From Isurus oxyrinchus (Eukaryota): DNA of 64,000 nt. A program made the translations under genes and the position numbers. A model generated the notes under the pieces. The model was not told the origin of the DNA and searched no databases. It saw only the letters and a program-made list of their open reading frames with translations. The stretch is taken from positions 1-64,000 of the forward strand of contig JANJGN010002529.1 of assembly GCA_026770705.1 (NCBI GenBank), written 5' to 3'. Of the stretch, positions 1 through 11,836 are shown in pieces. The number at the start of each line of letters is the position of its first letter. Positions within the stretch are counted from its first letter, which is position 1.

Positions 1-610
1 CCATCGCCCATAACTGGGCAATGGCTAGAACAACACTGGGAAAAGCAGCTGCTCCCTTATGGCAATCATCGTGTGATTTCTTCCTCAGTGTTTCTTATTC
101 ACCCTTCCCTTCCTTATTTGTGTCTCTTCCGTCTTTTTCAGTCCTGTTATTCTCTCTCCGAGTTTCTCTGGTTCGCTATTTTCCTCCTGCAACATGAAGA
201 ATGTACAGTTGTTCTTTAAATGACCTCATTATTTTCTCTCCTGACCAAGAGGTCTGAGGAGGGGAGGGAGGGGCGAATTGCCAAACACAAACTCCATCCC
301 GAATAGTTCCCCCCAGCCTCCAAACATTGTCCCCTCCTCCTTCCATCTACTGAGTGATGCCATTAGACGGCGTAGGAGGAAGTAGAGGAACTATATTTGG
401 CCAGTCAGCACTCGTGTCAAAATGTGGTGACCGAGTTAACTCATTCGCTACTTCTTATTGGAAAAGAATTACAGAAGAATTACAAAAGCCCCCGCCCCTT
501 ACTCCCCTTCCGTTAAAGCTCTCTGGAGAACTGTTTCTTAATGTAACAGATTGCAACAGTAAATATATCTGCTTTTCGAAGAGATTGTTGCTCAGGATAT
601 AATATGGCTT

Positions 611-1073
611 ATGCCACATCGTCATCTGATTTTTTTGTGGCTGATGTTCAGTAGGTGCAGCCAGATCATTTTATCCGTTTGCAGTTATGTGATGTTAATA
701 GACTTTTAAACTCAGTATTGCATTCGTTTTTCGTTACGTTTTATTTCAGGTTTGATTCAGGCAGATTCTATGTCCCAACCTCAGACCTCACTGCATGTTA
801 CTGAAGGAGACAGCAAGAAAATAGACTGTAGCTACACAACAAATCATAGTAATCCCGGCCTATACTGGCACAGACAGCACACGAATCAGGTTCCGTGTTT
901 TATTTTGTATCGAGATAGAAGCAGTAAAAGAGATGCAGATTTTACCAAAGGGAAATCCGAGGCGGGTCAGACTAACGAAGGAAAGAAGTTTCCTCTAACG
1001 ATCACTTGAGTGGAAATCCAGGACACCGCCGCAACACACTGGTTTAAAACTCATCTGTCGCTGTAAAAAAACC
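611..1073 (+). pseudogene. TCR alpha/delta V pseudogene with 23-RSS
   Basis: Leader MPHRHLIFLWLMF 611-650 with phase-1 GT donor. V exon from 750 (DSMSQPQ..IDCSY..LYWHRQ..FPLTIT*VEIQDTAA) has an in-frame TGA and lacks YYC. RSS: CACACTG 1035-1041, 23 bp, AAAAAAACC 1065-1073. Confidence 0.93.
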
Positions 1074-2136
1074 CGCAGTGATGTAGAACTACCAGCTCAA
1101 AGAAACCCACCCTTTGTGGGTAAGTGCTATCCGCGGCTCAGTTTAACTGTTCCATCTCACAACTCTGCTTCTCTATCAGAAATGTGTTCAGGCCCCACTC
1201 TAGAGGCGTGAGCACATAACTCAGGCTGACACTTCTCCTGCCAGTATGAAGGGAGTGCTGCAATGTCCGTGGTGGCATTTTTCGGATGAGCTATTAAATG
1301 GAAATTCTGCCTCTCACGCACTCCCGCCCTCCTCCCCGAGGAGGACCTTAAACACCCCACCACTTATTGCACAAAAGAGCTGGTCAAATCTCCCGTGCAT
1401 TTAAACCTCAAACGATATCAGTGAAACAAATGATCACACTGCTCTTTGTGGGAGCTTGCTATGCATAATTTGACCATTTCCTACATTACCATAGTGACTG
1501 CAATTCCAATTTACTTAATTCCTACTACGGAGCAGTCTGGATGGACTGGGCCGTCCTTTGATTTCTGTAATTGTTGATGGAAATAGTAAATTAATTATAG
1601 CAACTTGTGGGCCTGTCCACATCTTTTTCTGTTTTTCACCCAACACTGGTACAAATGGTGTATGTAACTCGACTTGGCCTCAGGACTGGCCTTTGCGGCG
1701 CTGCGTAAGCAAATGGGATATTCTGTGCACCAATCCATGAACAGTTATTGAGCGCAGCCCCTCAAAAGGCTCTCTACTCCCACACTAAGAATATTGGACT
1801 GGATCTAAAACAGCTCGCCTTCACTTTTCTGATAATTTGACTTATTAATCTGCTCTCCTCCATCTTCCCTTTATCTATATCTGAGACAACAGGGTTTTGA
1901 TGACCTAGTTTATTTTTTGAGCTGAAAAACAAAAACCGCAGGATGGCAGTTATACCAGTCAGAAAAAAAAAATCCACAGTGAAATATATGCATTCCAGCG
2001 AATTCTTCTGGCGGTTTGTAAACTTGAGCAAATGTTTCTACCAAGAGATTGTTAGGAAATAGGGAACATGGCAGCATTAATCTCAATATTTTCAGTTATT
2101 ATCATTTTTCAAACCATATGTGTGCTAGCTCCATGT

Positions 2137-2652
2137 GAGAGTTGGAGAAGTTTTGTAAAGCGGGGAGAACAGAATAAAATAGGTCAATATTCCTGGAAAT
2201 ATTGCATCACATCATAATGTAGTCACAATGTAATACAAGTCAACATCTGAAAGTGAGCAACATCAGCAAGTCCACGCGTTCCTAAGTTATCTGAGCGACA
2301 AAGAGTTCTTAGACTTCTCTAATTGATCTCTGCTTTATTAAATTGTTTTCATTATTTTTCATCACCATTGTTGGACCATGGCACTGTAGTGAAGTTCACG
2401 GCAATGCGAGTACATAATTGCCACTTTATCTTAGCAGTTACGCAAGACGGTGGGGTAGCGGCAATGTCACTGGTCCCTGTAAGGCCTTAGGTCACTTAGG
2501 AACGCGTTGACCTGCCGGTGTCTGTCACTTACAGATGTTGACTGCGTTGTATTACATCGTGATTACTTTATGATGTGGTGCAATATTTCCAGGATTGTTA
2601 TCCTCCTGATTCTATTCTGTTCTCCCCGCTTTACAAAACTTCTCCAACTCTC
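2137..2652. repeat. Imperfect inverted repeat (~160-bp arms, ~190-bp spacer), MITE-like
   Basis: GAGTTGGAGAAGTTTTGTAAAGCGGGGAGAACAGAATA...CGCGTTCCTAAG (2137-2296) is the reverse complement of CTTAGGAACGCG...TTCTCCCCGCTTTACAAAACTTCTCCAACTC (2486-2652). Confidence 0.85.
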
Positions 2653-3900
2653 AGGCGGTGCTGATGTGGAGACTGGGTTCAATCTCACCACCCCCCCCCC
2701 ACCCCCACCCCGGCCCCCCACAGCAACTAGTGGAATTGAATCTGTTCAATTAATTAATAAAACCAATCTCGAATTGAAAACAGCTTAGTCCCAATGGCGA
2801 TCATCTATTGTCATAAAAAATCTGATTCTCTAATGTCCTTTCGAGAAGGGAACCTGCAGTCCTTACGTGGTCTGGCCTGCATGTGACTCCACAGCCCCAG
2901 CCATGTAGTTGAGCCTTAAGTGCCCTCTAGAATGGCCTAGCAAGGTAATTCGTGTTGGGAAGCAACTTCTGGCTGTATTCATATATTCCCTGATATATTT
3001 GGTCTCTTTGCTGCCCTCTTAATGCAGCATTTAAAAGTGTCATGTGATTAAATCAAATCTCGGTGGCACTTCTACTAAATCATCAGTCACTCTTATCTCC
3101 CATGTTGATTACAAATTCCCCACTGCACAGGATGTTGCTTCCATTTAGTGGACATTTTCTCTTCATTGACACATCGGAATTAGTGCCAAATATGAATCAT
3201 CAAAAATTACAGTTGCTGAGATATGGTGTTAATCTCTACTTGGACAAAACATATCCATGGAATCGAATGAAGTTAGACAGAGAGAAACAGACAAAGTAAA
3301 CCGATTGATAAATTTCACAAGATGTGTATAATTTGTTATAATACTTCTGAGCAAAGTAAGGAGCTAAAACTGCAATAGAATGGAACATAGCAGACAACAT
3401 AGTGAAAGAAATCAAGTTATTTTCAAAATCATCTTATTTTCAATTTCCAAGCTATCTGACGCAATGATGTTTAAACCTAACTGAAAGTGAAACATACTAG
3501 ATGAAACGAAGTTATGCACGGTAACATTGAACGTAATACAGTCGGTGCAAACACGAGCAGAAAACTTTCCGTTAGGATTCAGTTAGCAGTTGGTTTTCAA
3601 ATGCCAGGGCGCATAAAAGATCAAAAGCTAAAAAGTTCGACAGGAAAATAATCCCGAGGAACTTCTTTGATTGAACCGAAAAGGATTATTTCAGTAAAAA
3701 AGCAATTTCTTAAAAAAGATCTTGTGTTTCTGAATGTCCGGCCAAACAGGTCTGGAAAAAAAAGACAGTCTGTTTAACTACAAAACCAACTCATTTTAGA
3801 ACAATAATATAATTTTTAAAGTTACATATGAAAAGTTAATGCTCCCGATCTCTCTCTCGTCCTCTCTCTGCGCGTCCTTTCTCTATTTCATTCCCTCTCG

Positions 3901-4145
3901 AAGTAAAGCTCCCTCTACGTTGTCAAAAAGAAGCCCAGGGCAGATACAGCACGGGGTTAGATACAGAATAAAGCTTCCCCTATAACATCCACATCAAACA
4001 CTCCCAGAGCAGGTAAAGCACGGGGTTAGATACAGAGTAAAGCTTCCTGCATACTGTCCCCATCAAACACCCCCAGGACAGGTACAACACGGGGTTAGAT
4101 CCAGAGTAAAGCTCCCTCTATAATGTCCCTTTAAATCACACCCAG
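3901..4145. repeat. ~68-bp tandem repeat (AGAGTAAAGCTCCCTCTA...CACGGGGTTAGAT), ~3.5 copies; related copies at ~38400-38625 and ~62270-62515
   Basis: Directly visible tandem units. Confidence 0.85.
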
Positions 4146-4189
4146 ATTTGACGCAACTGTTAGTCTAAGGGAGAGAGGGGCAGACGAGG

Positions 4190-4470
4190 ACAGAGACAGA
4201 AAGATATAGAGGCAGGGAGAAACAGAGACAGTCAAAGAGAGAGACAGAGAGCCTGCCGCTCATTCTATAAAATCCTTCGGTTCAATTTCTGATTTCCAGC
4301 AAATTGTGTTTTAATTTTGTCCCATTGTGCGATTTCAGTCTGACTAAATCCGGTTCTGCTGAGCAACGGACATCGAACTGTCAGCGACCGCAGTACAGAA
4401 ACCGATCGTTTAACTGCTGTTTAGAACTGGAGAAACTGAACAGTGAGAACGGTTAACAGCTGCACGTCCC
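4190..4470. repeat. Locus-internal repeated non-coding element (also ~8745-9020 and ~62560-62845)
   Basis: A shared block CTCATTCTATAAAAT...GTCCCATTGTG...CGGTTAACAGCTGCA follows a GA-rich tract in each copy. Confidence 0.8.
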
Positions 4471-7400
4471 TCAGGCATTGAGGCTAGGTGGTTAGAAAAT
4501 GTGGTAGTTGAGAGCGGCAGTCTCTAACATCCCCACTCACCTCCACTATTTATTAGTTGTTTTTATTAAACTGCTAAAAGATGGGGAGATGTAAGACAGA
4601 AATACGAGGAGTTCATATACCCGCCAATTCTACAACATTGTTTTGTTAAACACTACAGTATTTAATGGTTTTAATCCCAATTGCCTTCAGTTGCCTCAAT
4701 TAAATCCCAATCGTCTTCAACAACTGACTTTCCAAGAGCGTCTTTTAAACCCCTGAACTTATCTGTCATTGTCACACACTGTGCCAAAATTTCTTTTTGC
4801 TTTAAATAAATTGCTTGTTATTTCCCTGTCAGCCCAACATTCTATTTTTCGGTCCCCCTCTCTGCATCTCTCTCCCTGGGACAAACTTAACCTCTGCATC
4901 TGGAGACATAATATTTCCGTACACGAACAGAAGGAGGCTATTCAGCCCCTCGAGCTTGCTCCACATTTACTAAGAGAATTGTTGCTCTGTCCATCAACTT
5001 CAGTACCTTACCTCCATTTTCTTTAATCAACAAAAGTAGGAGCAGCACTGATAAACAAACTCCCAGGAATGGAGTTCAATTGCACGTGAGCATTCATTTA
5101 TTCTATTTTATGCCCATTACCTCAATCACTCGACCATCCCGCTTCACTGGAATTGCCTAGCGTTCAATCAACCAGATGGTTAGTTGGTTTCCCTCAAAAT
5201 TTTATTAATCCCTATCCTCATCTTGGAGCATATTTTGTTATAGTCATCAATGCCTAGATGCTCCACTGCCTTTACTTCTCACCCTGATCAGTTTCATTCG
5301 CCGTTACCTTGCCTTTCTTTTTTATTTGCATTTTGCTTTATAAAGACAACAGTGCACACTGTGGGAACTCAATTCCCTTAGCCCCTTTACATACTTCTTC
5401 TACTGACGTAATACTACGTTGAGCAAGCCCCATTATTATTAATCTGTTTGTTACTAAATTCCTTAATTTGTGTGCATATTTCTTTCTTCAACTTCCTTCA
5501 AGACACACAACAATTCAGAGATAGAGTTATGGAAATAAAGAGCTAGAGAGTGACACAAAGATACACAAAGAGAGTAAAATACAGAGGGAGAGAGAGTCCA
5601 GATGGTGAGTTTTATTGTAACGTTTAACACTGCACTTAGTATAAAGAACTCAACCCCATCTTCTGACTCTGATTCTCAAAATGCCTCTCAAGAACAATAA
5701 GGAAAGAAGAACATGTATTTATACAGTGCCTATCATGACATCAGAACTTTATAAAGCACTTTACAACCAAAGAAGGCTTTGGAGTGTCTTTATGTGGGAA
5801 ACATGGCAGGCAATTTACCACCTCAAGCTCCCACAAAGAACAAGGTGATAATGACCTGGTGATCTGCTTCAGTGATGTTGATTCGGGGGGTAATGGAAAT
5901 TGACATATGTCGAACAACCTGTCAGCCTGTCATCGAAGCTGCCATTTCCACACATGGATCGCAGAGATTTAAATTCCTTTGAATTTTTCAGGTGGCTGAC
6001 TCATGTAACTCCACTGTTCACTCGGAGGGTGGATTGTGCCCAATACCATATTGTTCAGGATTTATGAAGTTTTTGCTGTGGGCCTCAGCCTCTGTTACTG
6101 GTGTGTTTCTTAATCTGATAACATGCTGCCTTTCATCTGCTTGACACCGATATTCACAATCATTCAACCCACTGAGGTAATGGGGCCCGTGTTTCAGGAA
6201 GTATGTAAGATCTAACAGGAGTGTGTGAAATAGCCTTGGGGAAGCCTCTAACCATGTGAGCAAACGTCAACTGTGTCGAGGAGCTAAAGTTGGGTAAAAG
6301 CCTTTGGAATTCTGCTGTCGAGTGTGTCCTTTTCTAACCTTGCTTGCTTGTATTTATTTTAATTTAAAATCTATTTTAGAATATTTCCCCAATAGGTGTG
6401 TGCAGGTTGAAATCAGGTAAATTAGGAAGTTTGATATTTGTTATAGTACTCAGCAACTCTAAACGTATGTGTGTGTGTTTGAAATATTTCCTGTTGTTAA
6501 TATATGTTTAAATATGGTTTTTAAAAAATCTCTAAAGGTTCCAGTAGGCTCATTACTTCTGAATTCAGTGCACAAAACTTCTCGGAATAAAAACAAATTG
6601 CAAAACTGTGATAACGTGGCCAAGTTTCCCTTGTGGGTTTGGTCCGTCTGGCACACATCCAGGCCTGCCAAGTCATAACAAACATCTTTGGGAAGCATGT
6701 GATATGTGCTACCTTACATAAAGCTGCAAGAACGGTCCATTTAACCATTCACTAGGCGAAGTTGTCTGACAGCACTGTGGATAGCTAAGTTCTAGGAAAC
6801 AGAACGTCACCAGACAACGAGAGGCCCGTACAAAAAAACTATCCCTGTCTTTCCGATGTGACATCCTGACTCCACACAATATGTAATTGTTTGGAACCCC
6901 CAACCACCAGACCCCCCAATCCCAGCAAGTTAAGTGATGTGCATTCTGTTAAAGGTATTCAACAGTTATCTACATATGGTTCTGTATCTTGCAGTTCGCC
7001 CTTCTGCACCTCTCCAGATACTTTTTGCTCACCTATCTGTTTGACTTTCTTCATGCCTGAAGGTGATGAGGATATCCGATATGAACATAATGATGCAAGT
7101 TCATTGGCGCTGTCGGAACAGAGAGATGGAGACTTTGCAAAGTGCACAAACGTTTGAAGTTGGTAGTGGAGGCTGGGACTGCTGTAAAAATGAATTTAAA
7201 TTCTTGATTTTATCAATAGGATTAGGATGCTTTGCTAAACATTTCTAGAAAGCTGTTAAGTTCTCAGTTGGACTGTTGTGTATAAATATGTGAACCACAC
7301 CTGATGAATGATTTGCCGGTCTTGCAGAAGGTGCGGGAGAGATTTATTAGGAAGCTTCAACTGATGAGAGGCTTTAGCTTTGTGGAGCGACTTGAGAATC

Positions 7401-7879
7401 TGCGGTTGTTCTGTGTTGAACAGAAACGATTGAGAGGACATGCGATGGAGATATTAACAATTATGAGCTGTTTTAGTTGAATAAATAAGGGAAGTTGCAT
7501 CCACCGGCGGAAATCTCGGTAATCAGAGAACTTGGATTTGAATAAATTCGCAAAAGAATCAAAGGCAACCTGAGCAGCCATTTATTTGCACTCTAAGTTG
7601 TTGAGTTGTGGAATGCACTGCCGGATAGGTTGTGGAAGCAGTTTCAATAACAAATGTCAAAAACATAATTGGGTAACTACTTGAAATGGAAACCTTTGCA
7701 AGACAAAGCAGGGTGAACAGTGAAGTGTGAACAATTTGGTGCCTCTGCCAAAGAGGCTACACTGACACGATGAGCTGAATGGCCTCATACAATGTTGGTG
7801 CGATGAAGGAAAGGAACGAGGATTTATTGTTGCCTCCAGTATCTAAACATCCATTTGTCTTCTGTTCATTGACTATTCG

Positions 7880-8221
7880 AAAGTCTGTACTATTCAAATA
7901 CAATTAAGCAACCTGCATCATCAGTATCATGTTTGGAGAAAGGATGAATGGTATTGCCCTGTTGAAACTCCACAGGTCGCCGCCGATATGATCTTTTCTG
8001 GCACCAAAGAAACGAGAAGGCGCTGACACTGAAAATCAAAATGAATTCAGAGGGAGGGCAGTAAGCAGAGCGTGTGGGCGGCCGAATCTATTCAACACTC
8101 CGGGTATCAGATCGTTTTTTCAGTTTAATCCTGACAGATGTAGAACTGAGTGACAGTGGGATGTTTTATTGTGTGCTGAATATTCAGTGATACAAACCGA
8201 TATAGGCACTGTACGGAAAAT
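7880..8221 (+). pseudogene. TCR V pseudogene with degenerate 23-RSS
   Basis: Reads SNTIKQPASSVSCLEKG*MVLPC*..LFWHQR..FFSLILTDVELSDSGMFYCVLN with three stops. RSS: TTCAGTG 8183-8189, 23 bp, ACGGAAAAT 8213-8221. Confidence 0.85.
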
Positions 8222-8569
8222 ATCGCTAGGCTGCCATATAACCTGAATGGTGGGAGTTCATTTTGTGAACACTGAATCTTCACCTCTGACAGCACCAGAA
8301 TCAGAAACCGACGCTTTCCGGCTGTAAATTTGCATCCAAAGTTAATACGTTTTATTGACAGAAAGTCAAGTTTGCGAATATTTCGGATTCTGAACAAAAA
8401 AGGGAAAAGTTTCGATTGGAACCAATGAAAGTAGAGCATGAAAGCCAAGGAAAGTAGAATGAAAGAGAGAAAGTGAGAGATGAGGGAGAGAAAAGGAGGA
8501 AAATATGCCGAGACACTCGGAAAGAGTCACAGGATGGAGACAAAGATTGACGCAGAGAGCAGAAAGTGT

Positions 8570-8805
8570 GTGTGCGAGAGAGACGGGAGGGGGTGAGAGA
8601 GAAAGAGGGAGAGAGGGAGAGAGAGAGGGAGAGAGAGAGAGAGAGATTGCGAGAGACAACTGAGAGACACAACAACAAAGACAGAAATTTAGAAAGGGAA
8701 GGAGAATGCAATAGACAAAGGAAGAGAGGCCCAGACAGAGACAGGGAAAGAAGGAAAGATATAGAGGCAGGGAGAAATAGACAGGCAAAGAGAGAGAGAG
8801 AGAGC
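8570..8805. repeat. GA-rich simple repeat
   Basis: (GA)n-like tract; it explains the spurious L/S-rich and R/E-rich ORFs. Confidence 0.9.
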
Positions 8806-9614
8806 CAACAGCTCATTCTATAAAATCCGGTTCAATTTCTGAATTCCAGCAAATTGTGTTTTAATTTTGTCCCATTGTGTGATTTCAACGTGACTAAAAC
8901 CGGTTCCGCTGATCAACGGTCTTCGAGCTGTCGGCGGCCGCACTGCAGAAACCACTCGTTTAACCGTTCTGTTTGGAATTCAGAAACTGAACAGTGTAAA
9001 CGGTTAACAGCTGCAAGTCTCTCAAGACGTACAATGTGAATGAGGCACCAGGTGAATAAACTCAACACACCTGCGGCAAGTTTGGATACCTGCAGTGGCT
9101 TGTTCAATACCTGACCCGGGAGAAAAACGGGAGAGTGACACAACGGACTTCAGATATAAGTGATCCTGATGTGGGTAAATATGGAATTTTATTATTGGAC
9201 AATCAATGACTGAAATTAGCGACATTGTCCCCGCCATATCTTTCAATTGTCTTCGTAGAACCAATCACTCTCCTCCTTTTCAGCCCTCAGGCTGAAACGT
9301 GAAAGTTTGGAACTGCAGACACTTCTCTCTATTTTAAAGCAGATGTTGAGAGTTGGGATTGCTGTAATTTATCTGTATCCCTGATTAATGTTAATGGAAA
9401 CAACATAGTGCAGTGAGAGAATAAGGATGATGCATTAATCTTATAAAGGAGAACATGAACATAAGGGAACAATTAGAAACTGGTGGCATGTTCATTGACA
9501 ACCAGCAAGAAATAGCTCGTCCAAAGGGAGAAAAGGATTGGATGATCTCTGGCCGCCTTTCAAAGTGCAATCCGACCCCAGGATGTTGGGTGAGTTTTAT
9601 GCAGGAGAGGACTG

Positions 9615-9900
9615 AAATGGACTCCAGTCTGAAATACTGTGTAAAGTTTTGGTGTCCTTACAGAAGAGAGATCAAGATGCTTTGGAAGGAGTGCAGCAAA
9701 GGTGCATCAGGGTGATTCCTGAGATGAATGGATTGTCCAATGGGAAGAGATTGAGTAGCCCGGGCCTATAATCCCTAGAGTTTAAGAGGATGAGAGGTGA
9801 TCTCATGAACACAAATAGTATTCTTCAGGGGCTTTACAGGGCAGATACTGGGTGGAAGTTTCCCCAAACTGAGGAGTATGGAACTCGGGGTCACGAGGTA
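9615..9900 (+). mobile_element. CR1-type LINE fragment
   Basis: Degenerate LKYCVKFWCPY..RRMRGDL, typical of the CR1 ORF2 C-terminus. Confidence 0.7.
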
Positions 9901-11389
9901 ATGTCGATAAAGAAGTTGAAGTCAGACCTGGGAGCCGCAGTGAGGCTGCAAAAATGTCTGCTCGCTTTACTTAAAGATGCTGCACAGCGGTTGGTGCAAA
10001 TGCTTCAAGTAAAGCACTCTCCAACAGAGTCCAGGTGATGGGGAAAAAACACGATCTTGGTGTTAATTGCAAACGCAGTTTAAAGGGACGCTCGCCACTG
10101 ACAGGGGGTCACCCTTTCATGCTCATTGTTGCTGCACCTGTAAAGTGAACCACATTGGGAGACTCCCTGAGACACCTTGTCAGGGCATGAACAACTTGTG
10201 GACAACGCTTATTCTGGACTTCTTCTGGGGGCCTCGCCTAAAAAGAGTTACCTCGACTTCATATCTTTGTACCCTTTACAGGAGTCACCAGGTGAAAGAG
10301 AGAACCTGGTCAAAATCATCTTATTAGCGCCCCCTTGATCTAAGTGAGGAATGGGAGAAGGTAGTGAGACCAGACGGAGCAGCTCTAATTGTTCAGGGGA
10401 GACAGAGGAGAACACGGATAGTGACGTAACATCCGGCCTCCAGGCATGTTCTAATATCAATTATGAACAATGGGGCCCTAAACTGAGCTAAATCCAGACT
10501 TTGAAACAGTTGTAATTTATTTGCCCAGCACCATTTCGCTCCTGATTACATCCTTTAGTCAAATAGCCTCCATTCTTATGCCCAGGCTATCAGCTGAGCT
10601 GGAGGCGCCCCACTCCCGGCTGTTCCCCCACCCACCGGTCCCCGACCCCCTGGCCCTGGTTGATTGGGTGAAACATGGGCTGTGACTGATAGAAGGCATT
10701 TTGACGTCATCCATTATGGGGAAATCATTGATCAGCTTCATAAAACTTGATTTCGGTCATGTTTGAGGCCAGTAACCCGCTGCGCGGCTGCGGCGGTTGA
10801 TTAAAATAGAAGAGGCCGATTGTAAGAGGCTGTGTTGTTCCAGTCCGCATGTGTGGCCCGTTTGTCCTGAGTGCAGAGCGGTCCGTGTCACAGATAGAGG
10901 CCACTCCCAGCTACGCTCAATTGTGGGAAATGCTATCTTACATGTCTGGATCTAAATCCTTTCTAGTCGAGAGGTGCCCCAGTTTTCGGTTCCAACAGAC
11001 AGTAAATGTCCTGTTGAGTTGAGAGAATCTCTCAGCCGATCGTAGGCAGAATCCGGGAAATCACAGGAGGCGGTGACTTCTTATCAACTCAATCGGTAAA
11101 AGGCGGACTGGACCAAACAAGAGAGAGAAAAAAATCTCCCGGTCCCCGTAGAAAAAGGTGGCAATAAACTCACTTGAGTTATTATGAATCGGTAAAATAC
11201 CGATTCATGGGAAATAATGGAGTGTGAGAATGTGAAATAATTTCATGAAGTATATTCACAGGAGCATTGGGCAGAGAGGAAAATTCAAGGGTGGGAGGAG
11301 CGAGAAGGAAATGCAGACCTGATCAGTTTAAGCACTTTATCCTGTGCGGTAAAATGCGGACAACCTTTGAGAAAATGTTCGTGAATAAT

Positions 11390-11547
11390 GTTTGAGTTCC
11401 CAATATCCCTGCACTCTGTGTCATTGTATGTCTGTAATCCCACCATGTTCAGGTTTTGTACAGCTCTCTCCCTGCTCTTTATCACTGTGTCTAATCCCTC
11501 CATGTTCAGGTTTTTGTATGGCACCCTCCGTGCTCTGTATCACTGTG
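11390..11547 (-). promoter_or_regulatory. Tandem 23-RSSs of the supporting V
   Basis: RSS1 is CACAGTG-23-ACAAAAACC (11547-11509, perfect consensus). RSS2 is CACAGTG-23-ACAAAACCT (11489-11451). A decayed RSS3 begins TACAATG (11428 to ~11390). Confidence 0.9.
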
Positions 11548-11836
11548 CTGTGCGCTGACTTAGTGGAATCGCTCAGTTGTAGTTTGGAGATATTTAACCG
11601 GCTGATTTTCTCGGCAGGATCGATAGAAGCAGAACTTCTCCCCCCAACAGTGTTTTCTTTATCCTCTTCTCCTGAAGCATGTCTCTGAAGCAAGTAATCC
11701 GGAGGCTGTCCTGGGGACTGACGGTACCAGTGTACTGTGTACTGACAGACACCTGAATACTCACAGCTTAAAGTAACGGTGTCACCCACAGCAGAGGTTT
11801 GGACAGGCGGATTCTGGGATACAATGGAACTGGAAT
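11548..11836 (-). pseudogene. Supporting TCR-delta V of the NAR-TCR cassette, leaderless and lacking the YYC motif
   Basis: Acceptor TTTTTCTCCTGCAG, then (D)SSSIVSQNPPVQTSAVGDTVTLSCEYSGVCQYTVHWYRQSPGQPP..LNISKLQLSDSTKSAH. Extra Cys in CDR1 (SGVCQY) is the hallmark of supporting V domains. No leader recognised upstream. The second canonical Cys is deleted. Confidence 0.88.

Larger units (their letters stand above)
1..5625. repeat. Segmental duplication copy A (copy B at 58146-64000)
   Basis: Near-identical sequence at offset 58145 at the start of the block. The main difference is that 2047-2443 of copy A is replaced by a Penelope fragment in copy B. Confidence 0.97.

Noticed and set aside
4323-4400. 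CATTGTG followed by a vaguely J-like sequence
   Set aside because: No nonamer, no FGxG motif and no convincing donor in any of the three copies.
8352-8823. Long ORFs (154, 140 and 85 aa)
   Set aside because: Translations of a GA/TC simple repeat.
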